From: Stylophora pistillata
Taxonomy: Eukaryota
Assembly: GCF_002571385.2 (NCBI RefSeq)
Contig: NW_019217786.1
Location: forward strand, 1,685,292-1,749,291
Reading direction: 5' to 3'
DNA length: 64,000 nt
The translations under genes were made by a program, and so were the position numbers. The notes below the pieces were generated by a model. It saw only the letters and a list, made by a program, of their open reading frames with translations, was not told the DNA's origin and did not search any database. Shown here one piece after another: positions 12,257-25,700 of the stretch. Numbering within the stretch: the first letter of the stretch is position 1; the number at the start of each line of letters is the position of its first letter.

Positions 12257-15200
12257 TCACTCGGGTATTTTGATCCCGTACGAGAACCCCCAGGGTCCTT
12301 GCCCAATCAGGTTTACAGCACATGCGCGAAACTGCACTTGTTTTCCGACAGGTAAATTAGCTGCAGTCTTGTCTATTGTCAGTGATGACTTGTTTCCTTT
12401 GTAGATAGTTAAGAAGCTATTATCAGGACCTAAAATGAGACAACACCGGATTTAGCACTTGTAACATATACAAAATACTACGACTTCTACTTACGTTGCC
12501 TTACATAGGGCTAAAAAATAATTCGGGATTTCTCTGCTTATACTTAAACTCGTTCTTTGATTGGTAAGAAACACTGCACACTGCTCCCACCCAGTCAAAG
12601 ACAAACCTAAAACCTATAACCACTTGAGCATTCGCGTTTTCTCGCCATTCAGTCACTTTACATGTGGTGACCCATTTAACATTGTTTGCTTGATCTGATC
12701 GGCCATTGTGACTGATGTTACTCAATCAAAACTAGAAATTACAAATCTTCTGTTTCAATCTCACCTGAGCTGCTTTGCAGAATGTAACCCAGTACTGGGT
12801 ACAAGAACAAGTTATCTTCAGGGGGATCCCACTTCACCTGCACGTTGTAATTGTCTGTGATTTCACACTTCAGCTTCTCTGGGGGTCCTGGAGCTGCATA
12901 ATAAGAAAGGTAAAATAAAAGATAAGGCAGATGGAGAACGAACCACTCGCGATGACTCGTAAAGAAAAGTAAATCAATCAACCCATCGTATTGATGTGTT
13001 CGGGAATAAGCCAAGCATATGCAATTTAACCTGACAGAGCTGAATAATGAAATGCTACGTCGTGGGTATGCGGTCAACAACGCGGGCTCAAGTGTCCTAG
13101 GTCTAAAATTTAGCGAAATTAGCGGAAAATAATAAGGGCTGACTTTTAAAAACGAGGAACTCTGTTTTCGTCAAAGGAATTTTCCTATTTCCAGGGGTTT
13201 TAAGGAGAAAATTAATTTTTGAAAATTTTTAGGGGGTGTACCAAGTTTTTGGAGGTTGTTCTGTAAAAGAAAAGCAGTAAGGAAAACGACGTCTCGAAGC
13301 AATAGACTAGGAAATCAACCATGCGAACGACTCAAAATCCGTGTTTCCGCGGCAAAACCTCGCGCATGCGTATACGTTATTCAGCTCTGTCATTTAACCT
13401 AGTATCCCTTCCTGAGGCTATCGTGCACACTCCGCTGATCGAGGGACGATGGGAACGAGAAAGAAGCTACGTCTTGGTATCCCCTTCCTCCCTTACGCAC
13501 CAATTGATTTCAATTTTCTTTGTTCTTTTACCTTTTTTCTTTAACAGAGAGGCGTCTAGGATTCGGAAGGACCCTGATTGCAACCATTCCAAAGAGCGTG
13601 AAAACTGAAAAACTCCCAGTGCCAACTGCCAAACAAGTTACGCGCAGAAAAAAAGTCGAACTAATGGAACTTTAGACGGTAACCAAACGCGAGAATATCT
13701 TTTAATCTGATCCTTAGATTCGCTAACATCATATCACTTCGAGAACCAGCTACAATGAGCTCAACTGACACGGTTGGCGGTGAGAGGGTGGTGCGAGTTT
13801 TCCAGTGTCACAGTAGTAGAGCGTATTTCGATTGAGTGTCGAAAATGAAACCAAAGTAATCAAAACAGCCAATCGGAACAAAGTAATCACAACAGCCAAT
13901 CAGAACAAAAAGATAATAATTCAAGGAACCAATTAGAATACAAAGTAAATACAAGCAAACTGCCTGAAGCGCGGGAAAACGCGGGTAACAAATTCGCGTT
14001 TGGTTTTGGTTCTTAATCCGATTGGCTGAGAAAGAGGCGTGCATTTTTAGACCAATCATAGAGTAAAGTTTAGCAAAACCAAAGCAATCCGCATTACTTT
14101 CGATACTCAATTGGAAATTGCTCTAAGGCCAACAAACCCAGTCTCCGATTATCTTAGAAAGTCATACATAATTGCTCTACAAGTAAAGCAACTTATTTTT
14201 CGCGAAAAAAGGACTAAAAAAAACAGATACTTACGTAAAACAAGCTTTGCACAGCTTCGAATGTTACTCAAAAGTTTTTCGTGATTTGGAAACTGACAGC
14301 CAAGATCAGCTTTAGCCACAGGGTTTATCTCACACAACATTTCTAGTACACTCATTATTTCTGTTTCAACATCTTTCTTTAGCATCAGCATTTCGTAGTA
14401 GTCTAGACTCAACGCATTGTCACAGTTTCTACACGCAGTGGTCGTCAGGCTTGAGATTTCGATCATTTGACTACAAAAAGGTAGACCTCACAATAATAAG
14501 GTTTGGTTTTGAGCCACAGTTCAGCTTGATCCAACATTTTTCTAAGGAGGAGGTGCACCAACTAGGGATGACGTAACTGACAGGTGTCGTAAACAAATTG
14601 CAAAAGGCGAACGGCTTATAACTAGCTAATGTTATATTGTGAACTGCTGAAAGTACATAACAAACGATAGAGCAGGTTTTTTTAAAACTGGGAAGTTATA
14701 TTTAGAAAGCCGCTGGTCATCTCAGTAAGGGGNGGGGGGGGGGTATGCATCTCTCTGCACCCCTTCCCTAGATCTACCCCTGTGGATGTTATCAAAATGA
14801 CTATTGAGTAATTAGTCAACGGCCAGCTTAAAAAGATAATCAATGGTTATTAAAGCACATAGCCAAAGAGAACTTATTAAGTGAATATCTACAATGAGCT
14901 TTAAACATGGAAAAATTATAATTGTCTTTTCGTTTTTGGTTTTGGTCAAACATTTTCTTGTTTGAGACACTAGCACAAGTTTCTGAACCAAACAAAACTG
15001 TTCTAAAGTAAAAATCAATGTACACCTGTTAAAATTTGAGACTACAGGGAAGGAAAAGGGAATAGAACAGAATAATAAATTGCAGGTCCACCTTTCCTTT
15101 TACCCCTAGAAAAAGGAACTGCTCTACAACCAGTGCTCTACTACAAAAGCTCTGTTATAATCATCTTTTCAAGTGGTGCACACTCCTCTTAAACTATTAC

Positions 15201-18093
15201 AGCTGTTTACCTGAGTTGTTCATTCAAAGCTTTCAGCTTCACATCGCTTCTCTTGTTGATATCCTCTATCAATATTGTCTCTGCTTGGTCAATGGCTGCC
15301 CGCAGCTCTCTGTAGTATCTCCGCGCTATGTCCTTTACTTCTATTGTATTCCTCTTGACCTCTTCAATAGTTCTTTGAACTTCCCCTCTTGCCTTAATAA
15401 TTTTTTCACCACGCTGTTCAACTTGTGTTTGTAATTTCACAAGTGCTTTTCTTTCCTTTTCTTCAGCTTCATGAACCTGGAAACAACTGTGGTTCTTATG
15501 ATTGCCATATCTGTGACAGGATGCACAACATAGACATCTGCAATTTCGACAGTAGTACTTGGTCTTCTCTTTGTGGGTGGGACATTCTAAATTATCCAAA
15601 ATGTAAATTAAAATTAATAGCTAAGAATTTTTGCAGTGGAACAAACATGAGGATGCTCTTCCTGTACTTCTTCCAGAAGGACAAAGAATTTGGAGAACTG
15701 GTTTTTGTGGCAGGGGGAGGGGTAAAAAACCAGAGGAAATTCCTAAGGACATGGAAATGAACCAACCAAAAACCTGAGCCACATGCCTAGTGAAGTACTA
15801 AAAATCAAACCCAAATCACAGCAGTGGGAGCTGGAGGCAGCATTTGTCAACAGTGGTGTAATTTGGGAGTTCACCCTTAGCACCTTAATATCAGTATGCA
15901 TATTCTCCATACTGTTCTCCATTCATTCCTAAGGAGCTGAGAAGGAGAATTTGTTTAACAATCTAGAGCTCTTTTAGATGATCATTTCCTTTATTCTCAT
16001 AACCCTTATGTGTGATTCAGGGGTGATATTGTAAGGGGAAATTAGTTGTTAGTCACTGTTAGGGATAAAAGGATTGAAAGGTGATGTTTCTGAGTTGCCA
16101 TTGTCAGGTCACCTTATGGGGCTTTACTTGTCTTTTCACTTAAAGCATAAAAATTTCATCAGAATCTGCTTTATTGCAAACTAAATAATTCACTTCTTAA
16201 AAAATGGGACACATTTGCAAACTTTATGAAATTTGACATATTTCTCGATATGTTACCAGGTATTGCAGAGTAATCCAATAACGAGCTAGATGGTCTGTTA
16301 TTTAATCCTGGCCTGAGACCTAATGAGTGTTGACTTAAAGTTGAAAGGTTTGACGAAGGTCGAGAAGTGACTACTGTGCTTCTATCATCTCCTGTGCCAT
16401 TCTTAACAGCAGTCGCCTTATGAATGTCGTGGCAACGGAACTCCAACTGGGAGTGGATGTCATCTGAACAACCGCCACACATGAATACTTCACAATCTGA
16501 GCAGTAAAATGTTGCTGGTTTAGGAGGGTAAACCTTCTGAATGCAAAAGTTGCACAATTTTTGTTCCTCTTCCTCAGACCGTAGCACAGCTGTTAAGAGA
16601 TCCATGTTTCTAACAAGTCCATCCACACCATTGGCAGGTAACAGAGTGCGCAGTTTACAAGAACAACATTCTATGACTGAGCCCTGTAGTTCTTGTAGCT
16701 TAACAAGACACTCTATGCAGAATAAAAAACAAAAGTAAATATCACTTCTTCAGTAAATTTTTAACTCTTAACGCTCAAATTTCCCACCCCTGAGAAGGCT
16801 TTTCGTGTCAAACGCCTTACTCCAGGGCATGGACGACAGTCAAATGCCTGTGGGTTGCCTGTGGGGAGGATGCTTCAAACTGATCAGCCCATTATCTTCT
16901 GAAAATCTAGCTTTCTATTGAGACATTAAGGATAGGCTTGAGTCAGCCATTAAGGAAACAGATTTTTTACTTTATCGTTTCCACCAAGCACAAGTAATTG
17001 CCAATAAATATTAACTCCTGCCATTAGATATAACTCCTGTGGTTTGTGAATTGGGTGCCTTAAAAGCTGCCTCCTGGTCTGAGTGTTTCAGGCTCTAAGG
17101 ATGTGCAGTAGTTTATCGCTATCAGACCGTGTTATGGAACAATCTACTATTGAAGAAAACTAAAGAGAAGCAATGAACTTTGAGAGAACAATGAATTGTG
17201 GTAATTTCTTGGATCATGATGAGCATAATGTCTGATTTGTCAAAGAACCTAAATCTAAATCACCCTAAGCACTCTGATTATTTCTAGCTTTTGTTTAGAG
17301 AATGTATGTTTATTTCAACAATGCTGATCTTATCTAATCGAACCACAGACATGCATTGCACGGTGGAGTAGGTTTCAAGACAAAAACAGACTATTTGCAT
17401 ATGCGCAAAAGTCACGAGAAAATACACGTCTGAGAAAGAATTTGAAAAGATTTCCTTGACGTCTACCAGCGAATTTCCGAAATTCAAGAAAAAATCCGAA
17501 AAGTTATAAAACCACAAAATAGCCAGGGAACTGTTAAATTATTAATACAAGCGACTTCCTAGCGTTAATATTTTAAGAGCCTGGGTATCCATGGAAAATT
17601 AGACAAACACTACGAGTCTACAAGTTTTTCTCAAAAATTAAGCTAATTTTCTTTTCTGACTTCCCTTTCGACATACCCATAGGGCAAGATAAACCATAAG
17701 GGAAGCCTTGTTTTCTTCTTCACGTAAAAAAAAATTGAATCTCTTTAAATGTTTCACTGTTTACTTTGTCTATTTGAGCAGTTTCGTCAACAACAATTAG
17801 AACTATGCTACACTATGAATAAAAAAAAAATTCTTCCCATTCAAAACGGCCATATATACTCCACTTCATAGTCGATAATTTTAGAGCACAGAGAAACATT
17901 CAAATGAAATTTGTGGACGAAAGCCCAATCTGAATTCCACATTCACGCAAGACGAGTCACAATTCAAACAACATTCATGATTACCTGTACAAAATGTATG
18001 TCTGCAGTCGAGCTCTCTCGGAATTCTCTGCGGAAATCCAGTCCCGTAGTTGCTATAGCACAAAGGGCAAAACATATCCGTTTTCTCGTGCAT
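12257..18093 (-). CDS. TRIM-family E3 ubiquitin ligase (RING - B-box1 - B-box2 - coiled coil - FN3), ~492 aa, 6 exons
   Basis: Exons 17985-18093, 16257-16712, 15211-15586, 14235-14470, 12765-12893, 12257-12429 (1479 nt, in frame, ends TGA). C3HC4 RING CPLC..CRHTFCTEC..CCSC; B-box1 CNFC..YCSDCEVFMCGGCSDDIH..H; B-box2 CPTH..YCRNCRCLCCASCHRYGNHKNH; heptad-rich helix; FN3 PGPPEKL..VKWDPP..GYILQ..FRACAVNLIGQGPW. Candidate AATAAA (minus) at 11626-11631. Confidence 0.88.
13817..14125. mobile_element. CCAATCA-rich MITE family (other copies ~320-545, 898-1200, 12515-12735)
   Basis: TAGAGCGTATTTCGATTGAGTGTCGAAA ... TTTCGATACTCAATTGGAAATTGCTCTA termini with repeated AGCCAATCAG. Confidence 0.7.
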
Positions 18094-18243
18094 TTTGGAA
18101 AGGATCCGGTTACGGAATCCTTGTAGACGCTATCAGATTTGGTTAAACAACTTTATGTTTACAATTCTATCCAAGCGGGAATAATTTTTCCTTCGTTCTT
18201 TTTCGTTGCCTAGTTCACCGCACGCTGCTGACCGCACACCTGC

Positions 18244-18252
18244 GCCGGAAGT
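18244..18252. promoter_or_regulatory. ETS/GABP-type motif upstream of the TRIM gene
   Basis: GCCGGAAGT ~150 bp upstream of the ATG in a CpG-richer patch. Confidence 0.4.
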
Positions 18253-19790
18253 TTACAGGATTTTCTTCGGTGAGTTCCGGCTATGCGTCAACCATGGCAA
18301 GCGAGTCGTGACAGATACTTTGCAACAATCTTCAATAGCTGTTATTTTAATTTGCTAAAGATGTGCGGAAAACTAGGCCATATTGATACTTTCGAAGTTT
18401 TCAGCCGAGTTCACAGCCCTGTCCTAACAGAGTTCTAAGCGGTGCTAGGCTTTTCTTGTTTGTGACAGCCTGGGGTAAACTAGTTCTTTCGTGAGTTGCT
18501 CTATACAGCCTTTCCACCGACTAAAGCCCTGTACGCTGTAAACGCGAAAAATTGAATGAAGGAAAGTCTCAATGTACAACTCAGAACAATGGTGGATGTG
18601 GTTGGCTGGAGAGAGAAAAATACCAAAGTGGCCATATTTGATATCATTCGGACCTCGAAGAAGGTTGCACAATGGGGGGGGGCGGGCTTCATGCAGTTCA
18701 GTTATTCGACCCTCCTACTCTAGACTCTCAAGATCCACCCTCAGAGCTTTTGTCATTTTTCGTTTTCCTGACGGTTTTCCAGTTCACTCCATGTCCCGCT
18801 CCATGATAGGTTCGACTTGAACGGGTTTGATTGGTCACAACAAGCTAGCGGGGGAAGCAAACAACGACTAAACCAGCCATGCATTTGCAACTGAATGAAC
18901 CTGGTCATTATTTATAACATAGTAAGGCTTGTATGATGTCGTCTTCTGCTACAAGCCACTGAAGCCAGTCTTACAGCCGTGAGCTAACCCTATTAAAATA
19001 GCAAAAATCACAGACTTGGGGTGAGTAAAACCCGCAACCTTTATTGGCTACTTCTGATAAACTATATAAACCTTGGTGAACGCTTTGCGAAAAATAATCG
19101 ATTTGTTTGAAAACAAATATAATAAGACATACGCGCAGCTTAGAGTAGTAATCAGTTACAAATTAGGCAATATTATGGCTTCGCTTCCATAGGAGTCAGT
19201 AGCCATAAAAATCACTGGTTCAGCATTCTAAACTGTTATGGTTGCAGCTATCCACGTTTCTAGGCACTGCTAAGATAAAGCATGGAGCGGTGTTAAATTT
19301 TGTTAACTGAAGCATCGAATATAGAAAGTTCCTTGAACTACGGTTCCCATTAAAAATGTGTTAACTTGGAACTTATCGCAATCGATTTTAAATCGCAGTG
19401 CGTATCTCAATCAAATTTCAATCGACACTATAACCTTAAAGGCAGTTCACTAAATAACACAATTTTTTTTTCCAGTGCATTCCCCAACTTTAGTCGGCAC
19501 TTATTATACTCAGAGTTACATTTTTGTTAACAAACGTCAAAGAGTCCGTTTCATCGACAGACATCACCTATATCCTCTTTCAGTTTCTACAATAGTTTCT
19601 AAAAAAACTTACAAATTAATTCTACAGTTTAGCTACTTTTCGGTCGAGATTGTAAATTGTTCAATAACTGTCAAGAAATAAACCTAATTTTCCTTTATCC
19701 TTCCACTCGATATCTCCAAAGGTTTTCCTAGACTAGCAAAATCCTTGTGGAGCAAGCATCTTATCCTTGAGAGATTGCGTGACATGGCGT

Positions 19791-22700
19791 TCACGTCCTA
19801 AACCAGTGAGAACCCTGACAATCGGGATTCCAACGAATTAAACAAATCCAGCACCATTCAAAGCGACAGCGAGAACAAGTCATGTGGTTACATCCACCTT
19901 AAAGAAGACAAAAATGCAAATCAATAAACATTTTTGTTGGAATTACCAGCCGCTGGTTGAGGAATGAGTCCGCACCCCTCCCCGAACAGTTTGGAGAAAA
20001 ACCGGATCCGAAAAAATGGCGAAAAACAAACCTTCCGGTTTGCCTTGGTCACAGAATTGCTTGGACACAAAAGGAATACACAGGTATTTTCCTAGATTTT
20101 CGCAATTGAATTACTCTTCAGCGGACAGTTTTAAACAAGCGCTCAAAATATAGGATACAATGCTGCTGGAATGCCTGGAGCGAAAGTTTTCCTAACTTCA
20201 CATCGAGGGAAGAAAACCTCGCCGTTGTCCAGTTTGTTAAAAAATTCTGCCTTTTGCTGTAGTGTTGCATAAGTTTCCGTGCATGAGCACACGGAAGTGA
20301 GTGAGTGACGCGTTAACATGTTTTTCAGCTCGGTCTCCTAGTGAGACAAGCCGCTGAAGGCGTTGTTTTTTAGGTTTAGCGGATTGTTGGGAAGTGTTCC
20401 ATTGGGTTAGGGCTCCTCTTTCCTTACCATTTTTCTCAGTGTTTGTCTTACATCCGGGACACTTCTTGCTGATCTGCTCAATCACTTGTCGCGCTTCAGC
20501 TTCCCAGCGTGCTCGTCTGGCGTTTTCTAAATTGACTTGGTAATTCTGAAAAGGAGTCCCATACAGTAAAAACCCGCGTGTAAGAACCTACTAATTAAGA
20601 ACCTTTTTGGCAGAAATTTTGGATTTTAATACCCAAAAATATAAGAACCCGTTTACCCAGCAAAACCTGCATGGTTCTTATATGAAGAGTCATTCTGGAT
20701 AATGAAACAATGTTGTAACAAAATATGTCTGCAACTATAAAATAAATGTTTTCTATACATTTGACACTTCCATAAAACATGTCACAATACAGTTTCCCCA
20801 CTATATTTGTGGCTCCCAGTCATGTATTAAAGCAAGTTAAAAAAGTGTACTCCTGGGTATAAACTTCTAAACTGTATAATTAAGTACATTGTTTAGTGCA
20901 CAGTGTATTGTACAGTATAGTATAGAAAATTAAGTCTGGCATTAAAGATATTTAAGAACCAATGAAGAACCTGTTTTGCCTAAGTTGTCAGTAAATACCC
21001 CAAAACATAAGAACCTATTTTGCCAGACATGAAAAAAACTAGGTTCTTACACACAGGTTTTTACTGTATTATTCTATTCATTTTTTATTCATTTTTTAGA
21101 AGGTGTTAAATTTATGCATTTAAAATCAGAATTAACAAGCCTTAGAAGTCATTTTAATACATAAACAAAACCGCACACCACAATTTTCAAGGATCACTCG
21201 TGAAACACTTAGTGCCACGTTTGTTTGTAGGCTGTTACGAGTTTCAGACTCGTTATATACTTACGCTAGCCCTAGCATTTGTTGTTGCGTTTGGGTTACT
21301 CTGATTGCACGAGTGACCTCGCTGAAAAGGCTCCTTGCACTCTCTACAGAACTCAAACTGAAAACGAAGAGCAAACAGAAACTGTATAGCATGCCTGCAA
21401 AAGACAGTTTCACCCAGTTCGATACGACTGTTATTTTATCCCTTCTCTTGAAACTGTGGTGAGAGAACAGCTTTCAATCAGTGAAGACAGTCTAATCTTA
21501 TGAGTAATTACAGCTGTTGTTTACGCCCTAAGAGTTTGTAACAGGTGAAATTTCGTCTGAACATCGATTTTTGCCAAACAACTCGTGGAATTAATTTTCC
21601 CGTGTGTATATCTAGTTACCTGGCAATGCTCACACTTGATACGGCGCATGTTTGGTTCAGGCAAAAGGCCCATTCCGCAGCCACGCCCAGGACATAGCAC
21701 GCCACCCATTTTCAAAACATACTCCTCCGTTCCGAACCTCTGGTAGCGGTCATACTGCAATTCAATTGATACACTCTACATTAAACGTTGCGTATTACTT
21801 ACACTTCCAGTTCTACACGGCCCAGAAGAGCACAACTGTTGCCTTCGTAGCTGACGGTTTTGAACGGCGTAGCCGCGCGAGAGACTTACGACTTAATCGC
21901 TCAAAACTTCGCGCTAGCAAATCAGTATAAAAAAAAAAAAAAAAAGAATTAAAAAGCTGACGTTTCGGGCGTTAGCCCTTCGTCATTCGCTCTGAAGAAG
22001 GGCTAACGCTCGAAATGTCAGCTTTTTAACTCTTTACGGTGACCAATTTGCAATTTCAACCTAGTTGATACACAGGCGGCCCAAGCTCTCTTTGAGAACC
22101 ACACAAGGAACACAATTTTCATATCGATTTATAAGGATTTGCATGGGATTTTCTACAAGATATCCATAGAGATAGTTAAAAGTGAAAATATTAAATAAAA
22201 ATGGCTTACCTTATTCCATACGTGTGTTGCTTGCTCCTGGTGTCGTTATTTCACCGATTTCACTTGATTTAAGCGGTTTTTTTAAACCTGGTTTTCTCTT
22301 CTTTAATCCTGGTTTTTTAATCCTGGTTTTCTCTTCTTTTAGAAGAGAAATCCAGAATTAAAAAAAACCGCTTAAATCAAGTAAAATCGGTAAAATAACG
22401 ACACCAGGAGCAAGCAACACACGTATGGAAAAAAAAGAGTCTGTTTACGAGCCAAGTGGCCGATCAGGCCGGCGCTTAACTCCGGTTTCCGTAGCATGAA
22501 GCGACTAGGAGTATTTCTACTCCCCCCTGGATGGGATGCTAGTCCATCGCAGGGTTACCCCCTGCATTAAATTCGCCGGTACCCATTTAAACACCTGGGC
22601 GAAGAGAAGCACTGTGAGAGTAGAGTGTCTTGCCTGAGAACACAACACAATGTCCCCGGCCGGGGCTCGAAACCAGACCACTCCTTCCAGAGTGGGATAG

Positions 22701-25700
22701 AATTACGGCTAGGACAAGCCGCATAGGGTTAACGTTTTGAAAGCAATATAAGAAATGTACTATACAATAAAATTCAAAGAATCCAGTTCCAGATTTCATG
22801 GACCTACAAACCTGATCATCTTGGAGCACCCGGAAATGATGAGCCTCCGGAATAAGCGCGCTGTCACAGCTGCCTGTGGGAGAAAAGCGATAAAATGAAA
22901 GTTGAACCCTGTTAAAAACAAACGCACAAAATTCATTTCTTAAGTCAACAGTAGCAACACAGTTAATCGCGCGACTTATTCTTTCCCAACTCTTGCAAAT
23001 CCTAATATTAAGCGATAAAATTAGGACTGTAAGAGATTTACAATAATTATCCGCAAAGAGATTAAAATTACGAATTTTTCCTGGAAGCTCGCGATTTGCA
23101 TGTGGAAACGCTCCCAACAACAACAACAAAAAAAAACATATACACAAAGCGCCAGTGGATATCCTCCGTTCAAAACATTCGTGAATATGCGGTAAAGTGC
23201 ATATGCTTTAAAAATAAATAAAAAGAGCTTGAACAACCAATTACTTCAAAACTTTCTTTCTGTCTGGTTTTCCCCATTTTTTTAATTTCAAAATATCGTG
23301 AATGATCGAGTGCCAAACTGCGAAAAATAAAGCGCGACTTAAATCTGATACCCCTTCATAATCTCTTTTCTGAAATCAAGAAAAGCCGTCTTAAATTCCC
23401 TTCAAAGAGAAAATTGTCTTCACGTATGCATGAGATGCATCGCAAGACTGATTAATCAAGCGAACAATCGAATCACGTCTCGGATCTCGTCTACGTCACA
23501 TTTCGAACAAAGGATTATTGTCTACGCATCTGACACTGGGGTGGCTTGAATTAAATTTGAGTCGGGCTGTAGAGCTTCAACCGTTTCTCCACGAGAGGAG
23601 ATAAAAAAGGACGGAATATACGACTCACGAGCTAGTGACATATTTTGTACATTGAGAGCTTAAAGCACTAAGAGGAATGGAAGGAAAAAGTTTGATTTTT
23701 TCATCAAATGAAGTTTCAGCGTAGTGAGAAAGCCAAATATGGAAAGATTGCTTGATCAAGCGCTTCAAGACTAGCGAGTTTCGATTCGAGTTTCGATTTG
23801 AACATTTCAAGAATTGATCTCAAACGAGCACAAGCAGGAAACTTACACTGGCAGTAGAAGCATACACAGAACTTCAAAATTGTTCGAATAACAGTTGGTA
23901 AGTATTTTCAATTTTACAGTTGCGATTTAAGAAAGCCCTGTGGAAAGCGATTTAGCATTCTAAACACGTTTGAATCCGTCATTAGCATTGCGTCGATCTC
24001 GGCTCGAGCGAGTTGCACATTTTATGATTGTCTTAACACTGTGTTCGTTGTTTATATCGTTGTATTCAGTTCAAGAATATAATTCTTTGATTCTACTTAA
24101 AAATTCGACAATTGAGGCAAAGGTTAGGATGAACATGGAGTGAAATTACACTGAAACGTTGCGATTCAATATAAGAGACGTAGGTATATTCTAAGCTACT
24201 TCGATCAAAATCAAGTTGTTTCAAATTACAATTCATTACGGCATCACGATGGCTTATCGTCAAGCTTTGAAACGCCAACCCAATCTAAAGCACATTCGTG
24301 TGTTTCTCAATCTGTGCTTTCATTTCAAGGAATTAGTTCTTGTTTTATGACAGGAGGCGGTTGTCTAAAATTTCAATTGTTGTTCTTTTGTAGACATACA
24401 CTTAAGCTGTCGGTATATCTCAAAGGGGTCGCTAGGTTCGAAACGTTTGTTTCGTTTGAACCGCGAATTTCTTTCACGCTTACCGTAGATTTACCTCAAA
24501 GAATAAACTTATTCTGGGATAATTTCTGGTAAGATAAATTAAGTAGATTTTACAATTTCAAGACGACAGATTACATATAATTAGCACTCGAATATTCTCG
24601 TAAATAATATTACAACTGGAGTCTACTTAGGGTCAAAAGACCTAACACTGCGAAGAAACCCCTCAACAACTATTTCATCAGGATTAACTTTAGTCTTGGT
24701 TGTTTTTTTAACAAGGTACTCTAGTATGTTTGTTTGGCTCTATTCTAGCATTTCCTAGATTTGAAAATTCCCTTTCTAACTTTTAAAGCTAGACATAGCG
24801 GAACAGCTACTCATTGGAAAGTAAAATTATAGCCTAAGGTCGAACAATGGACTTCTCCAGGAGAGCCAACCAGTGTAAATAAAGTAACACTCGGTGACCG
24901 CGCTTTGTCGGCCGCAGTATTGAAGATGTAGGACAGCTTGCCTTCCAATATTCGCAATGAGATAAATTCTGATAGTTTTTGATAGACTTTGATTACGACA
25001 CATCTTTGTTAACTACCTTTAATCAGATCCAAATGGATATTATTAAAACTTTGATTAATTTCTTTATTTTAATTATTTTGAAGTCCAATTTTAAACGCCT
25101 TTCAAAATTAGATTTCATTAGATTCGTGCAAAGATTTCTAAAAGATTAATGAAGTATAAGTTTTACTACTTTTAACAGATTTTTGTTTATATGCATTTGA
25201 ATTAAAATGTTACATTTTATCATATATGTTAATTTACGCTTTTATTACCCTTAATTATCAATATTATTATTATTATTATTATCATTATTATTATTATTAT
25301 CATTATTATTATTATTATCATTATTATTATTATTATTATTAATATTAGTGTTATTATTCCCAACTTACGTTGTGTCCTCTGGCTTAAAGCAATGATATAA
25401 TAATGCATAAATGTGCGTGTATTCAAGCGCTTGTAATGGTAAAGTACAGACACGCTTTATACTGCTTTTTTTTTCGTTCTTTTCAATCAGTTCTTGAAGT
25501 CCACATGTGAAAATTTTGGACTCACACAGAACCTACACGGAGATTTGAGATTGGACTGAACCCCTACTTTAAACACAGGGCACCTGAGGAGTGCCTGAGT
25601 AATTGGAAAGCTTTATAAAAAAAAATAGCACAAAAACTAACCTCACTCTCCCTTCCCCCTTTAAACTCTCAACAGATATCACGCGTGTAAGCGATGTCAC

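Noticed and set aside
13300-13800. Independent gene or promoter in the TRIM intron (NRF1-like CGCGCATGCG near 13362)
   Set aside because: A single motif and a 95-aa ORF with no recognisable features; insufficient support.
22587-23147. 186-aa ORF as a separate gene
   Set aside because: It is a 62-nt Parkin exon with open intronic flanks and SINE sequence.
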